From the NCBI GenBank assembly GCA_951406725.2, contig OX597836.1, forward strand, positions 48,112,001 through 48,176,000: DNA of 64,000 bases, read 5' to 3'. The translations under genes were made by a program, and so were the position numbers. Below, piece after piece: positions 12,000 through 23,800 of this stretch. Below the pieces are notes generated by a model that worked only from the letters and a program-made list of their open reading frames with translations, was not told the DNA's origin and searched no databases. Each line of letters starts with the position of its first letter. Position 1 is the first letter of the stretch. The DNA is from Octopus vulgaris. Taxonomy: Eukaryota.

Positions 12000-12530
12000 G
12001 ATGCTGTTTTCAACATGGTCAACAAAAGCTTTGCTCTCTCTTGAACATTGAATGGGAACACTGCGTGATCAACAACAAAGACATGGAAAGAGCTGACAAT
12101 CAAAGTATTGAATCACTGATCATGAGACACCATCATCAGTGGTCAGCAGCAAGAATGGAAGGGTCAAGGTTCCCACATCAAGTCTTATTCAGTGAGCTCA
12201 CTTCAGGAAAAAGACCACGGGGTTGTCCTCTTGGAAGATACAACAACCAACTGGAAGCCACTGGAATTGAACCTAAATCATTTGCATCACAAGATTGAGA
12301 CTGTACCAAGTGGTGGTGTTCCATCACCATGGGAACCAAAAACTTTGAAGCCACCAGAAGAGAAAAGGAAGAACTCAAAGAAGACAGGAGGGAAAAGCTC
12401 AACAAAATCGACCTCGTCTTCCACCAACGTTGCCATGCAGTCAATGCAAGAATCGGTCACCAACAGCATCACCATAAAGGAAGCGTTCAGCAAAGAAGAA
12501 ACTAAATACTCGGATATGAGATAAAGCCGA
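12000..12530 (+). mobile_element. RTE-clade LINE 3' fragment (post-RT region)
   Basis: SIESLIMRHHHQWSAARMEGSRFPHQVLFSELTSGKRPRGCP resembles the RTE motif QLRWAGHVARM..RLPK..L..G.R.RGRP. Confidence 0.7.
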
Positions 12531-12918
12531 CAACGACGACGTTTATGGAGGTAGTTTGTGATGATGTGGTATGTGTAGGTCATATGTGGATTGATGCCAA
12601 TGTGCAGGGGGTTAAAGGGAATGGATCATTCTATCTTCTGTGTGTGCATTGTTGTGGGTCACAGCAATCAGTTCGTTATTTGTACAGGAGGAAAAAGTTG
12701 AGGTAATATCAGAATGCTGCAATTTGAAAACGCTATGGCTGGGAGCCGATAGACAGGCAGCTTAGATTTGAGATTCTCATGTCAGACATGATCAAGGGCT
12801 CTGCATGTGTGAAGGGCAATGATGTTGGTTTTGCAAGAATGTGTGGTGACTGGTGAGCAACAATACAGGGACTGCCTGGTAGTGTTTGCTCTTTGGAATT
12901 TGTACTGATGCTCAACAA

Positions 12919-13281
12919 GGCGGAGGAGTGGCTGTGTGGTAAGTAGCTTGCTTACGAACGACATGGTTCCGGGTTCAGTCTCATTGCGTAGCACCTTGGG
13001 CAAGTGTCTTCTTTTATAGCTTCAGGCCAACCAAAGCCTTGTGAGTGGATTTAGTAGGTGGAAACTGAAAGAAGCCTGTCATATGTATCTATATATATAT
13101 ATATATATATGTACTATGTGTATTTGTGTTTGTCACGTCCCCATAACTTAGCGGTTCGGCAATAGAGACCAATAGAGTAAGTACTAGGCTTACAAAGAAT
13201 AAGTCCTGTGATCGATGTGCTCGACTAAAGGCGGTGCTCCAGCATGGCCGCAGTCAAATGACTGAGACAAGTAAAGAGTAA
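12919..13281 (+). mobile_element. tRNA-derived SINE
   Basis: Same family as 9544-9937. Confidence 0.85.
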
Positions 13282-15359
13282 GGCAAGAGAGAAGGAGAGT
13301 CAAGACATTGGTGAAGAGTGTTGTTAATGGCTGATCACCTTTCTGGTGTTGGAAACGAGAGCTATTGGTGCCATGGAAGAGAGCATGTTTCCAAAGATTG
13401 GATTAGATCTTTGTAGAGAGAAAAAAACCAGCTCAGAACAGATGCTAACTCTAGAGCATAGCGGTTAAGGGTGAAGGCCTGTGTCTTTACTGACTGGGAA
13501 TAACAGGAGTTGATGTAACTGGTGAGATTATGAGATTTGACAAGAAGTGGAGGTATTTTACAAACACTGACAAAATTTTGAGAATCACTGGCACAACTTG
13601 AGTTGTGAGATTTCACAATCACTGCAAGAGAAATTTTGTTTCATTGGGGGGGGGGGTGATGGAAAATACCAGTTATATACTAGAGTCATCTATATTCCTA
13701 TGATGCATCCTAGATGTGTATGACATTATGATAGAGGCTAGAACTAGCAAGATTTGGCAATAATGACAAAAATGGGTGCAACTTGACAGGAAATGACAAA
13801 CTTTGAAGAGAACTAGCAAGAATTATTGATATCGGATGAAATTTGGCAATGAATAATTTCACATGAAGACCAGTGAAACTTAAGAACTTGTTTACAACAA
13901 AATTTTGAAGAGATTTGATGGGAAATGGTAAGATGTGATGATATTTTACAAGAGTTTTGCAGTAAAAGATGTAATCTTGGTAAGATCTTTTGAGATTTAA
14001 AACTACACAAAGAAATATGACCAGAACTGGTTAGAAACTGTAAAACTTGAAGTGAACTGGCATTTTGTACAACTAGAAAAGACAAGACTTGTAGAGAGGT
14101 CACAAGTTTTTGTGTAACTTGAGTTTCACTTTCATTTTTGTGAAGATACAACCCATGCTAGCATGGAAAGCGGACGTTAAACGATGATGATGAGGATAAA
14201 CATGAAAGTGAAGATTTTAAACGATGGCTCATGACAAAAAAAGTTGCTTGGCACCAACACAGTCTTGCGATCAAAAGCACTTCGTTCAGCTAGCCCATGG
14301 TTTTGTTTATCTTGGACTACATTCTCCAATGTATCCTACATTTTATAAAACGTTTGAAGTAGGATTGGCTGTTGTTTCTAGCATGTCCAGCAACCACATT
14401 GGGGCATCCCTCCTCTGTAGTTGGTGCCAAGTATCATCTGCTAGTTATTGTTAAGCATGAGTCCACGCATTGGGTACAAAAAGTTATGGAAGGTTGATGT
14501 TGGTGTTGTGAGAACAGAAAGAATGGGCAGATGAGGCAATTAAAAAATTTCAACCTTTTGAAACAAAAATTTTCTTTTCCAAAATCATAAAACAAGTAAA
14601 GTAAAAGAAAAAAATTGTAAGATGTTTTTCAAAATAGTAGGGTGGGGGACAATTAAAATTTGGAAAAGCATTTTTTTTTTTTTTGTCTGATACGGAATAA
14701 TGTTCCACGTCTTTTGTTGAAGCAGGAATCTAAAGCTTCTGAAGATACATATATAGACATATATATCCACAAGTGAAGCAGCTTGTCAGATTTTATTAAA
14801 GAGAAATTACAAATAAGCATTACATATATTTTTATGTTGTGGGATTTTTTCCCATTTTCTGCATTTTAGTAAAAACAATAAGCAAATAAATCATTTAGAT
14901 TTTACAGTTTTAGGTACATCAGGGTCACAGCCTAACGGTCTGGTGTCCCTTACCCTTCCGACTTCTTGAATCTCATAATTTCCTTAATAACACAGACCCA
15001 GAGTAACAAAGTCTTGACATTGATGAAGTCATAAATGGCGATGAAACGATTCTGTCAAATCAACTGACTGAATGATCAATGAAGTGATCAATTGGTCAGT
15101 TTGTTAAATATTTGGAAGGGTCAAATAATCCCTTCAAAATACAACAGCATACATATATTTGAATATTAGAAAGCCCTAGCTGTGATAACAGTGTAAACAT
15201 ACTTCCTTCTATGTTTCTTGATAAGGGAGAGAGTCTCCTGACAGATTGTTTCACAATTTTTCGATCGCTCTTCAGAGAACACTTATCCAATCTCCTCCCC
15301 AATTGATAGCATGTGTGTGTTAGATGGCTCTTCACTAAGTAAATAATAGTTCCGCCTTG

Positions 15360-15595
15360 ACTGGCGTCTGTGCTGGTGGCACATATGCACCAACCAATTG
15401 TGGACGTTGCCAGCCTCCTCTGGCCCCTGTGCCGATGGCATGTAAAAAGCACCCACTACACTGAGTGGTTGGCATTAGGAAGGGCATCCAGCTGTAGAAA
15501 CACTGCCTGGTGCAACCTCCTGGCTTCCCAGACCCTGGTCGAACCATCTAACCCATGCTAGCATGGAAAACGGACGTTAAACGATGATGATGATG
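15360..15595 (+). mobile_element. SINE-like repeat with (GAT)n tail
   Basis: ...CCATGCTAGCATGGAAAACGGACGTTAAACGATGATGAT tail; family also at 19505, 35996, 61781. Confidence 0.75.
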
Positions 15596-15952
15596 TATCA
15601 GAAGTACCAAAATAAATATCAATATTGAGGACCTTAGCTGTGGTATTGGACCATATAAGAATGTAAACAAATTCCTTCCTATGCTTTAGATTGATGTGCG
15701 TAAAAAGGATAGAGATCTCTTGGCGGAACCTTTCACAATTTAAGTCGGTTGTGTATCAGAATCAGCCCCTCAGATGTTGAAAAATAATAATATTTAATAT
15801 TTAAAATGTAAAAATCAGAATAATTTTTCAGAGGTAGTTACGAGATTTGCCTCTTCCTAAGCTCTGTCCTGAAAACCAATCTGTGCAGAGAAGTTTTCAA
15901 CTAAACATCGTAATACAGAGAGGTCCAGAAATTTGTATCCAAGTAATGCTTA

Positions 15953-16314
15953 ATGCAGGAGTGGCGGTGTGAGTAAGAAGTTTGCTTCCCAACCGTGTCG
16001 TATTGGGTTCAGTCCCACTGTGCGGCATTTTAGGCAAGTGTCTTCTTCTATGGCCCTAAGCCAACCAAAGCCTTGGGAGTGGATTTGCTGAACAAAAACT
16101 GAATGAGGTTCGTCGTATGCGTGTGTCCTCCACCACCGCTTTACAACCGGTGCTGGTTTGTTTACGTCCATGTAACTTAGCGGTTCAGCAAAAGAAAGTG
16201 ATAGAATAAGTACCAGACTTCGCAAAAAGTACTGGCGTCGATTCATTCAACTAAAAGTTCTTCAAAGTGGAGCCCCAGCATGGCCACAGTCCAATAACCG
16301 AAACATGTAAAAGA
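15953..16314 (+). mobile_element. tRNA-derived SINE (diverged)
   Basis: Same head, body and tail as 9544-9937. Confidence 0.75.
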
Positions 16315-16975
16315 TATGAATGGTCAAAATCCTAATTTTCCAAATGCCTGAATCTGGTGTCTGGCTCATTGCCATATTAATCTTTAACAGAATGAAACTA
16401 TGTTATGGAATTATAAAACAATTTATGTCAAAAGATATCTTATAAAACATGGGAAATGCACGTTTGTCTCGATTTTATATCGAGGATATTTAGGAACTTT
16501 TGACAGCTTTTTAATAATTTTTTTCTTTAGATGCCCGTTACACTTTACCAATCTAAATTCCCTCTGCCGTCATAATTGATTGTTTTGGTACAATGACAGC
16601 AATTTCGTGGAAGCGGGGGTAAGTCGAGTACATCGTCCCCCAGTACTCAACTGGTACTTGTTTTATCGATCACTAACGGATGAAAGGTAAAGTCAACCTC
16701 TGTGGAATTTGAACTCAGAACGTAAAGCGGACAAAATGCCGCTAAGCAGTTTTCCTAACGTAATAACGATTCTGCCAGTTCGTCGCTTCTATCATAATTA
16801 ATTACGTTAAAATATGTCATTGGAAAAGTCATTTGAACGGGATGTGCATATCTGCTAGATGTAAGATAGTTGTTACACATAGTTGTAGCTTTGGCGCCGA
16901 TTTAGAAATTCGAGCCGTGATTACCCAATCTTTTCTATCAGTTTGTCCCTGACTTATATTATCCAATATGCCCTT

Positions 16976-17018
16976 CCACCAGGAGTGGAGCCTGCGGCTT
17001 AATTTGACTCAACACGGG
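16976..17018 (+). pseudogene. 43-bp fragment of 18S rRNA
   Basis: CCACCAGGAGTGGAGCCTGCGGCTTAATTTGACTCAACACGGG is the conserved eukaryotic SSU rRNA helix 30-31 region; the flanks are not rRNA. Confidence 0.85.
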
Positions 17019-18094
17019 CAAAGTGCAATTTGAGAGGTAGTGGTTGCACTTTCTAGCAAATCCGACGACCTCATCGAGCCCCGTCTCTCTCCCTCAGTTA
17101 CCTAGAGTTATTTCCCTTGCTTAACATGGCTGTTTTCTCTGGATGTTGGCCTCCGACGTTCTTTTCCCCTGTTGCTCTTTTGGTAAGTTCATCGCTATTT
17201 ATCAATTCTGCTCCCAATCGACATGTGCCAACAACTGTGTTGGTATCATACATACCTTCCCACTAACATTCCTCTGTTATAAGACTGTTCCTGGCTGCTT
17301 TAATTGTCTCCAGTTTCGCGTCGGAATCGATGTCTTTTAATGTCGCGGTGGCGGTTCCCGTCCTGGAATCGTCTTCAAACCTACTTTAAGCCTCCTGTGT
17401 CGCAACCGTTTCTTTATTCCTTTCTACAGTAGAAGAAATATCGAAACAATGAAATATCATAACAGGAGCGGAAGACAAGGAGGACAACCACCATAATTAT
17501 AATTGTTATTAATTGGTGTAAAGTGCCCCCACCAAATAACAAAGTAAATACCTGACCCGTTTCTATCCTGCGATTGATCCCTTTATTCTTCTAGAACAGC
17601 TTTATTCTATTCTTGTTTATGTTTTAATGTGTACATTCAGTAATTTCCTTTTGCCTCCAATTCTTGAAAATATTGTCTAACTTTCGTTGAATGGAAAATT
17701 GCTCTGCAGAAATTCACGTTTATCAAATTGACCCTTAAATTGTTTATTGATTAAATTTCACGAATCATATGAAGAAAAATAATAACTTCAATCCATTTAC
17801 ACAAACTCACGCGTTGTTGAATAATTTGGTTGTTTCCGAAATAATTCAGAAATAAAACACGAAACTAAAATTTTTTAAAAATCGAAACGATGAAATGTTC
17901 TTTGTTTTGGTTTGTATTCGTGGCGTGGAGTCCCAAGATGCAAAGTAAACCAGTAATTATCCTATCAAGATTCTGTTCCCTATTTAAACATCTTTAATAG
18001 TTTAACATTGTTTTATTGCAAACAAGCTTCAGCAGCTTTCTGTTTTGTGTTTTTTTCCTTGGTCCCAATGAATCTATGTCTACTGGATTTGAAA

Positions 18095-18411
18095 CAGGCA
18101 TGGACAACTTTTTTCCAGATGCGGACCACACTGAGACATGGCTCATCATGGGGCGAGCTGTACTACTAAACGAATTCAAGATAATTTTTCATTAGGCGTG
18201 CTATTCAAAGAGCCCTGTTGGTCGCAGTTTCCTCATGTCTTATGTAGACTGCACTTAGCACATCACCAAGGCGTTACTGAATATTGCAACGAATGTTCAA
18301 CCCAACACAGTACCCCTCCAGACACACACACTGTGACTCCGCATATGTTCAAAGGTTCACACTAAAGATGCCATTCAGAAAGTTTCACGAGCCACAGTTT
18401 GTCAATAACTG
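18095..18411. mobile_element. Degenerate hAT-type MITE
   Basis: Ends CAGGCATGGACAA / TTGTCAATAACTG; reverse-complement similarity to 47134-47281. Confidence 0.55.
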
Positions 18412-19504
18412 CTTTAAAACACACAAGACCGTTCGTTGCTTCAAAATCTGTCTCTCGTATATACAGTCCATTTGTGGTAACCCCGTTCTGTCCTCTTGTA
18501 AAGTAATCATTACATACCAACAACACTGCCAGACGTAAGATAAAAACAAAAAAGTTCAGCTTCTGCTGTTCTCCTTAATCCAAACCCATGTAAATAAGAT
18601 TCCTGCTGCGGAAAGGAATTCTGATGTTTGAATGAACCTCTCAATATTTATCACTGTCACTAATTTTGTTAGACATTTGCTCAACATAAACAGTGCACCA
18701 CTGGCCCTATGTTCTCTCTCTTCTAAACTACTATTACTACTTATGCTCGACTAGTAATAATAGTAGCGCCACCGCCACCACCACCAATTAAGTTCGATTA
18801 TAAATCAATAGCTGTTTTCTGTTTCACAATTTTGTGATACACTAGACTCATTATCATAGAACTTCGATAATGGCATCGATATTTTGGAATGATATAAATG
18901 AACTTAATTTAATAGCAAAGTGATATTGTTTCAAAATGTTGTAACCTTATCGATTAAGTAATGGTATAATGTTCTTTCCAGTCTGTTAGATTTTGTTTTG
19001 TAGAAGATTAAGGTTACAAACTGAAAATGCAGTCACGGAAGGAGCAAAGATAAAGCAAGGAAATGATACTGGGAAACGCTATCGCGAAGTTGGAAACATC
19101 ATCTTTTTACGTCTGCGTTCCATCACGTCATGGGTCGGACGTCTTTCCAAGATCGAAGTTAGTCTATATAATATGTGATCGACTTAAAACAGTCCTTTAG
19201 ATCTCGTGACTTTACAAAATCTGACATAAAATAATATTTTGTTAAAACTGTTTTATTTGCTAAATTAATTTCAAACTATTCATTGCTATAGAGTTATGAA
19301 ACTTGCTTTGCAACCACGGGATTTCGGGTTCAGCCCCACTTCACAACACTTTGGTTAAACGTCTTCTACTGTAGCCTTGGGTCTCCACTGCCTTGTGAGT
19401 GAAATTTGGTAAACAGAAACTCTGTGGAAGCCTATTGTGTGTGTGTGTGTGTATGTATTAATATATATATATATAAAACACACACACACACACATATATA
19501 TATA

Positions 19505-19980
19505 TCATCATCATCATTGTTTAACGTCCGCTTTCCATGCTAGCATGGGTTGGACGGTTCAACTGGGGTCTGGGGAGCCCGAAGGCTGCACCAGGCCAGT
19601 CAGATCTGGCAGTGTTTCTACAGCTGGATGCCCTTCCTAACGCCAACCACTCCGAGAGTGTAGTGGGTGTTTTTTATGTGCCACCGACACAGGTGCCAGA
19701 CGAGGCTGGCGGACGGCCACACTCGGATGGTGTTTTTTATGTGCCACCGACACAGGTGCCAGACGAGGCTGGCGGACGGCCACGCTCGGATGGTGTTTTT
19801 TATGTGCCACCGACACAGGTGCCAGACGAGGCTGGCGAACGGCCACGATCGGATGGTGTTTGTTACGTGCCCACAGCACGGAGGCCAGTCGATGCGGTAC
19901 TGACTACGGCCACGTTCGGATGGTTTTCTTATGTGCCACCGGCACTGGTACCACAAAGGTACAAATTCCATTGATGTTCA
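19505..19980 (-). mobile_element. SINE-like repeat with (GAT)n tail and internal about 63-bp tandem array
   Basis: Three near-identical units TATGTGCCACCGACACAGGTGCCAGACGAGGCTGGC... plus degenerate units. Confidence 0.8.
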
Positions 19981-20729
19981 TAAACACACACACGCACACA
20001 CACACGTGTTTGTCCCCACACACCACTTAACAACTGCTGTTGGTGAGTTTATTTTCCCATAACTTATTAATTAATTATAGCAACCCCATCACTTGATTGG
20101 TACTTTATTTTATTGACCCCAGAAGAATGAAAGAGAAACTTGTTCCGAGGACGTGAAGAAGTAGCTTAAGGCATTTTGTTCAGTTCTGATTCTCTCTTAT
20201 CCTCTGCCCCACCACATTGGAGATAATGTATTCCTTTGATTTTGGCAGAGCACATGCAGCAGACAAACCCCTATTAATACACTGGGTTTTACTAAGGCAG
20301 CAAGCTGGCAGAAAACCATTGGCACTCCAGTCAAAAGGATTAGCTGGGCTTTGTCCAGCTTTGCATTCTGAATTCATAATCCACCTTGGTTGATTTTGCC
20401 TTTTGGCATCTATAAAATCAGTACTGGTTGAACGGGGGTGGGTATTCACCCAGCTCCCCGCTCCTCACACATAAAATTTCCTGCCTTGTGCCTCTATTAG
20501 AAACGATTACATGGAGTTTTCTTTTGTTCTTGACAGAAATTATTAAGTATCCAATAATTCCTTGTATGTATTTTTCTGTGATAATGTGGTTATGTGTAAA
20601 TCTTTGTGAATAATGTTGCCATGTTTGGATGTACATTATATAATATTGGTAATTTTTGGTGTTTGTTTTGCAGCCGTGCAGCCACCGTAAATGTGTGAAG
20701 TTGTGTGACAACCATGTTAATGTGTATCA

Positions 20730-20822
20730 ATGAAGAAACCACAGCTTTTCAAACTCTTGGTGGGACTCAGTTTAGTGTTTCTGCTCTTTCAGTTTTTTCT
20801 CATCCGTATCTTTTGGAAACGT
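20730..20822 (+). CDS. FKTN: FKTN first coding exon (type II signal anchor)
   Basis: [31 protein letters not shown], |gtaagt donor; acceptor ttttgcag| before 20674. Confidence 0.85.
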
Positions 20823-23800
20823 GTAAGTCTTTGCTCTCTCTCTCTCTTAATAAAGTTGTCTTTATATTTACTATTTGCAAAGTTTACAATATCCAAAACG
20901 GTTACTAATGTGGAGAGATGTATAAACTATTTGTGCAATGATTTATCCACTAAAATATCCAAATGCTCACATCTACTTTTGTGCATGGCTTTTGTGAAGG
21001 CGCATGGCTCAGTGGTTAGAGCGTCAAGCTTACGATCATGAGGTTGTGAGCTCGAATCCCAGACCAGGCTGTGTGTTGTGTTCTTGAGCAAGACACTTTA
21101 TTTCACATTGCTCCAGTTCACTCAGCTGTAGAAATGAGTTGCGACATCACAGGTGCCAAGCTGTATCGGCCCCTTTGCCTTTCCCTTGGGTAACATCACT
21201 GAAGTGGAGAGGGGAGGCCAGTATGCATGGGCGACTGCTGGTCTTCCATAGACAACCTTTCCCGGACTTGTGCCTGGGAGGGTGACTTTCTAGGTGTAAT
21301 CCCATGGTCTGTGTCGTGACCGAAGGGGGTCTCAGAACTTTTGTGCAATATTTGACATTTACTTAGTGATTCTCTCACTGCAACTTAGTCACTGACACAA
21401 TTCCACTGCAACTGCTGCAGTATGAGTGGTCAGACTGCAGTTGGTGCAACAAAAACTTTAACACCAAATGACAGACATTTCAGTGAAGTTAAGCCTTTGT
21501 GTGGCTTTGAATGGCTGATAGGTCTTCCCTGCTGTAAATGATATTGTTGTTTTTTAAAATGTCTGTTTGCTATTGGTAGGATGATACCCGGAATTCGGTA
21601 AATTCTGAAAACCTGATCTATACATCTGAAGATAAACATCATGTACAGAAAACACAGTTTCCAAGAGAGGTGAGGATTAAATATTTAAAAAAACTGTAGG
21701 AAATATTTCTTTTAGCATAAATCTTTTTTAATGTTTTTCAAACTAACTTCCATTTTCTTTAAAATTGATTTGAGTTTTCTTTGATGCAGCAATCATATAT
21801 TTACACCCCACCTCCTGGCCCATGCCAAATCCCTCATCATTGTTCCTCTTTTCCAGCACCCTAGCAAACCCCATCTTTTACTGGATGATTTTCCTAATGC
21901 TAATCACCGTAATTCACTCAATATATTAAAGCAAGACACAAAACAACCTTGTTTGACCCATCGATCATTTACCGTTAATCCCAGAAGCTCATAGAAACCA
22001 TGCGAAAGCAGACATAGCAGTCGGATGCAGTCCTCTGGTTCATCAGCTCTTCTCAAACCATCCAATCCATGCCAGCATGGAAAACAGACAATAAACGATG
22101 ATGTTATCATGACATACCTTATAAATGGAAGCTACATCAGATTTCTTCCAAACATGGTCTATTTCTTGTCTGAACTGTTTTAATTTTCCATCAAATTCCT
22201 TCATCTTTTAATATCCTGCAAATGTTTTCTTATTAAACTTTTCTTTTTATCCTTTATACTTATCCATATTCTATCTTATTCTTTTTTCTCCCCTAAAAAC
22301 ATCTCAACTTTGTAAATCCTTCCCTTTTTGCCTTTCAATCTTTCACTACTTCTGTAGAAATACTAAAAAATAGGCTGACCGTAAAAGACGATAAATCCAG
22401 AATTAACTTAACATATGCTATTCTTGCATACATTATAAATTCCAAAATGTAAGCAGAAACCTAACAAAGGAACAAATGGAAAATTCACACAGAAGACAAG
22501 GTGTTGCTCTTCCTTTGTCAGTTGTCGTCCAAAAGATCCTTACAATTTCATGTCTTTAATGATAATATTGTTTTCTTTTGGTGGCACCAAAAGTGAGAAG
22601 CTGCTGGGAGTAACAAGTGAATGTTTGAGGACAAAGTCAAGCACGACACAGATGTGTGTGTGTTTATAATATTCATCAGTCATTTGGTAGCCTGCTGTAT
22701 TGTAGTCATGTCTGTTTTACAATATCTAGTCTACTTCTCCACATGTTTACATTAAAATGTCACTGAAATCAAGATTTTTTCCCTTCTTCTTCGTCCTGCA
22801 TAGAAATCATTGAAATAAACCAAGAATGACTCAGTTAAATTCTTCTTTTTTGTATCTTGTGAAAGAAAACTATTTTCATTGTTTACTTTTGCTGTTTATC
22901 AGGATTTCATTTTGAAGAATTGCATTGAAGTCAACGTTATATATAACCACAATTTATAATATTCTATTTCACAGGATGTTGCAAAAGTGTTTCTTAGTGT
23001 TTGTGCTGAGCTGAAAGTTCCAGTTTTCTTACTCGATGCCGATATTTTGAGCAGCCTCAGTCCCGACAAAGCATCTCCAGTCTCCATCAACTATAACTGT
23101 CAGTTGAACTGTCGGCGACATGTTACTTTTGGAGTGAACTTTAAGTACTGGGACAGTCAGGTATTTATGGCTTATTACCTTCAGTGGTTGGTCATCTCAT
23201 TTCTCTTGTTATTCAGATTGGCAGGGACGACAGAAATGGCTGAAAGTCTACCTCTTCTCTAAAGCCCTCCAAAACGTTTGAACATCATTTTACAAAGATA
23301 AGAAGAATGTGAGCAACAAAAAACATGATAAGAATTTATCTTCTTGTCGTTTAGTTGTTTCAGTCATTGGACTGTGGCCATGCTGGGGCACTGCCTTGAA
23401 TGGTTTGGTTGAACAAATTGACCCTAGTGTTTATTTTGTTAAACCTGGTACTTATTTCATTGGTCTCCTTTGCTGAAAATGCTAAGTTGCAGGAATGTAA
23501 ACAAACCAACGCAGGTTGTCAAGCAGTGGAGAGTGGACACACACACACAGATTTATTTCTATATTGACAGGAGTATACACCCTTTTTGTCTATACACATC
23601 TATACATGTAGATGCTTAGAGTATAGAGGTATTATATTATCTCTGTAGACAATGGATGAACTATTGTGGCCCATGTGCAAGTGTTGCATTGCTGGCATTA
23701 GGACACTTTCTTAAAAGTATTTCACTGCAATGTTTTAAACATCTGATATCAAAATGAATTCTTTTTTTTTTTTTTCTTAGAGGAAAAGAATAGAATATAT

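Noticed and set aside
13290-14150. Purine-rich stretch with vague internal periodicity
   Set aside because: No definable repeat unit, termini or protein motif could be identified by eye.
17102-17423. - strand frame with two stops as an editing-rescued coding exon
   Set aside because: There is no recognisable protein similarity, and it would need edits at both a TAA and a TAG; unsupported.
19670-19940. Regularly spaced repeats resembling a CRISPR array (also 26020-26346 and 61960-62240)
   Set aside because: Whole units repeat with no unique spacers, there are no cas genes, and the context is eukaryotic transposon sequence.
19537-19974. 145-aa repetitive ORF and similar ORFs at 36045 and 61844
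   Set aside because: They are chance open frames through the SINE-internal tandem units.
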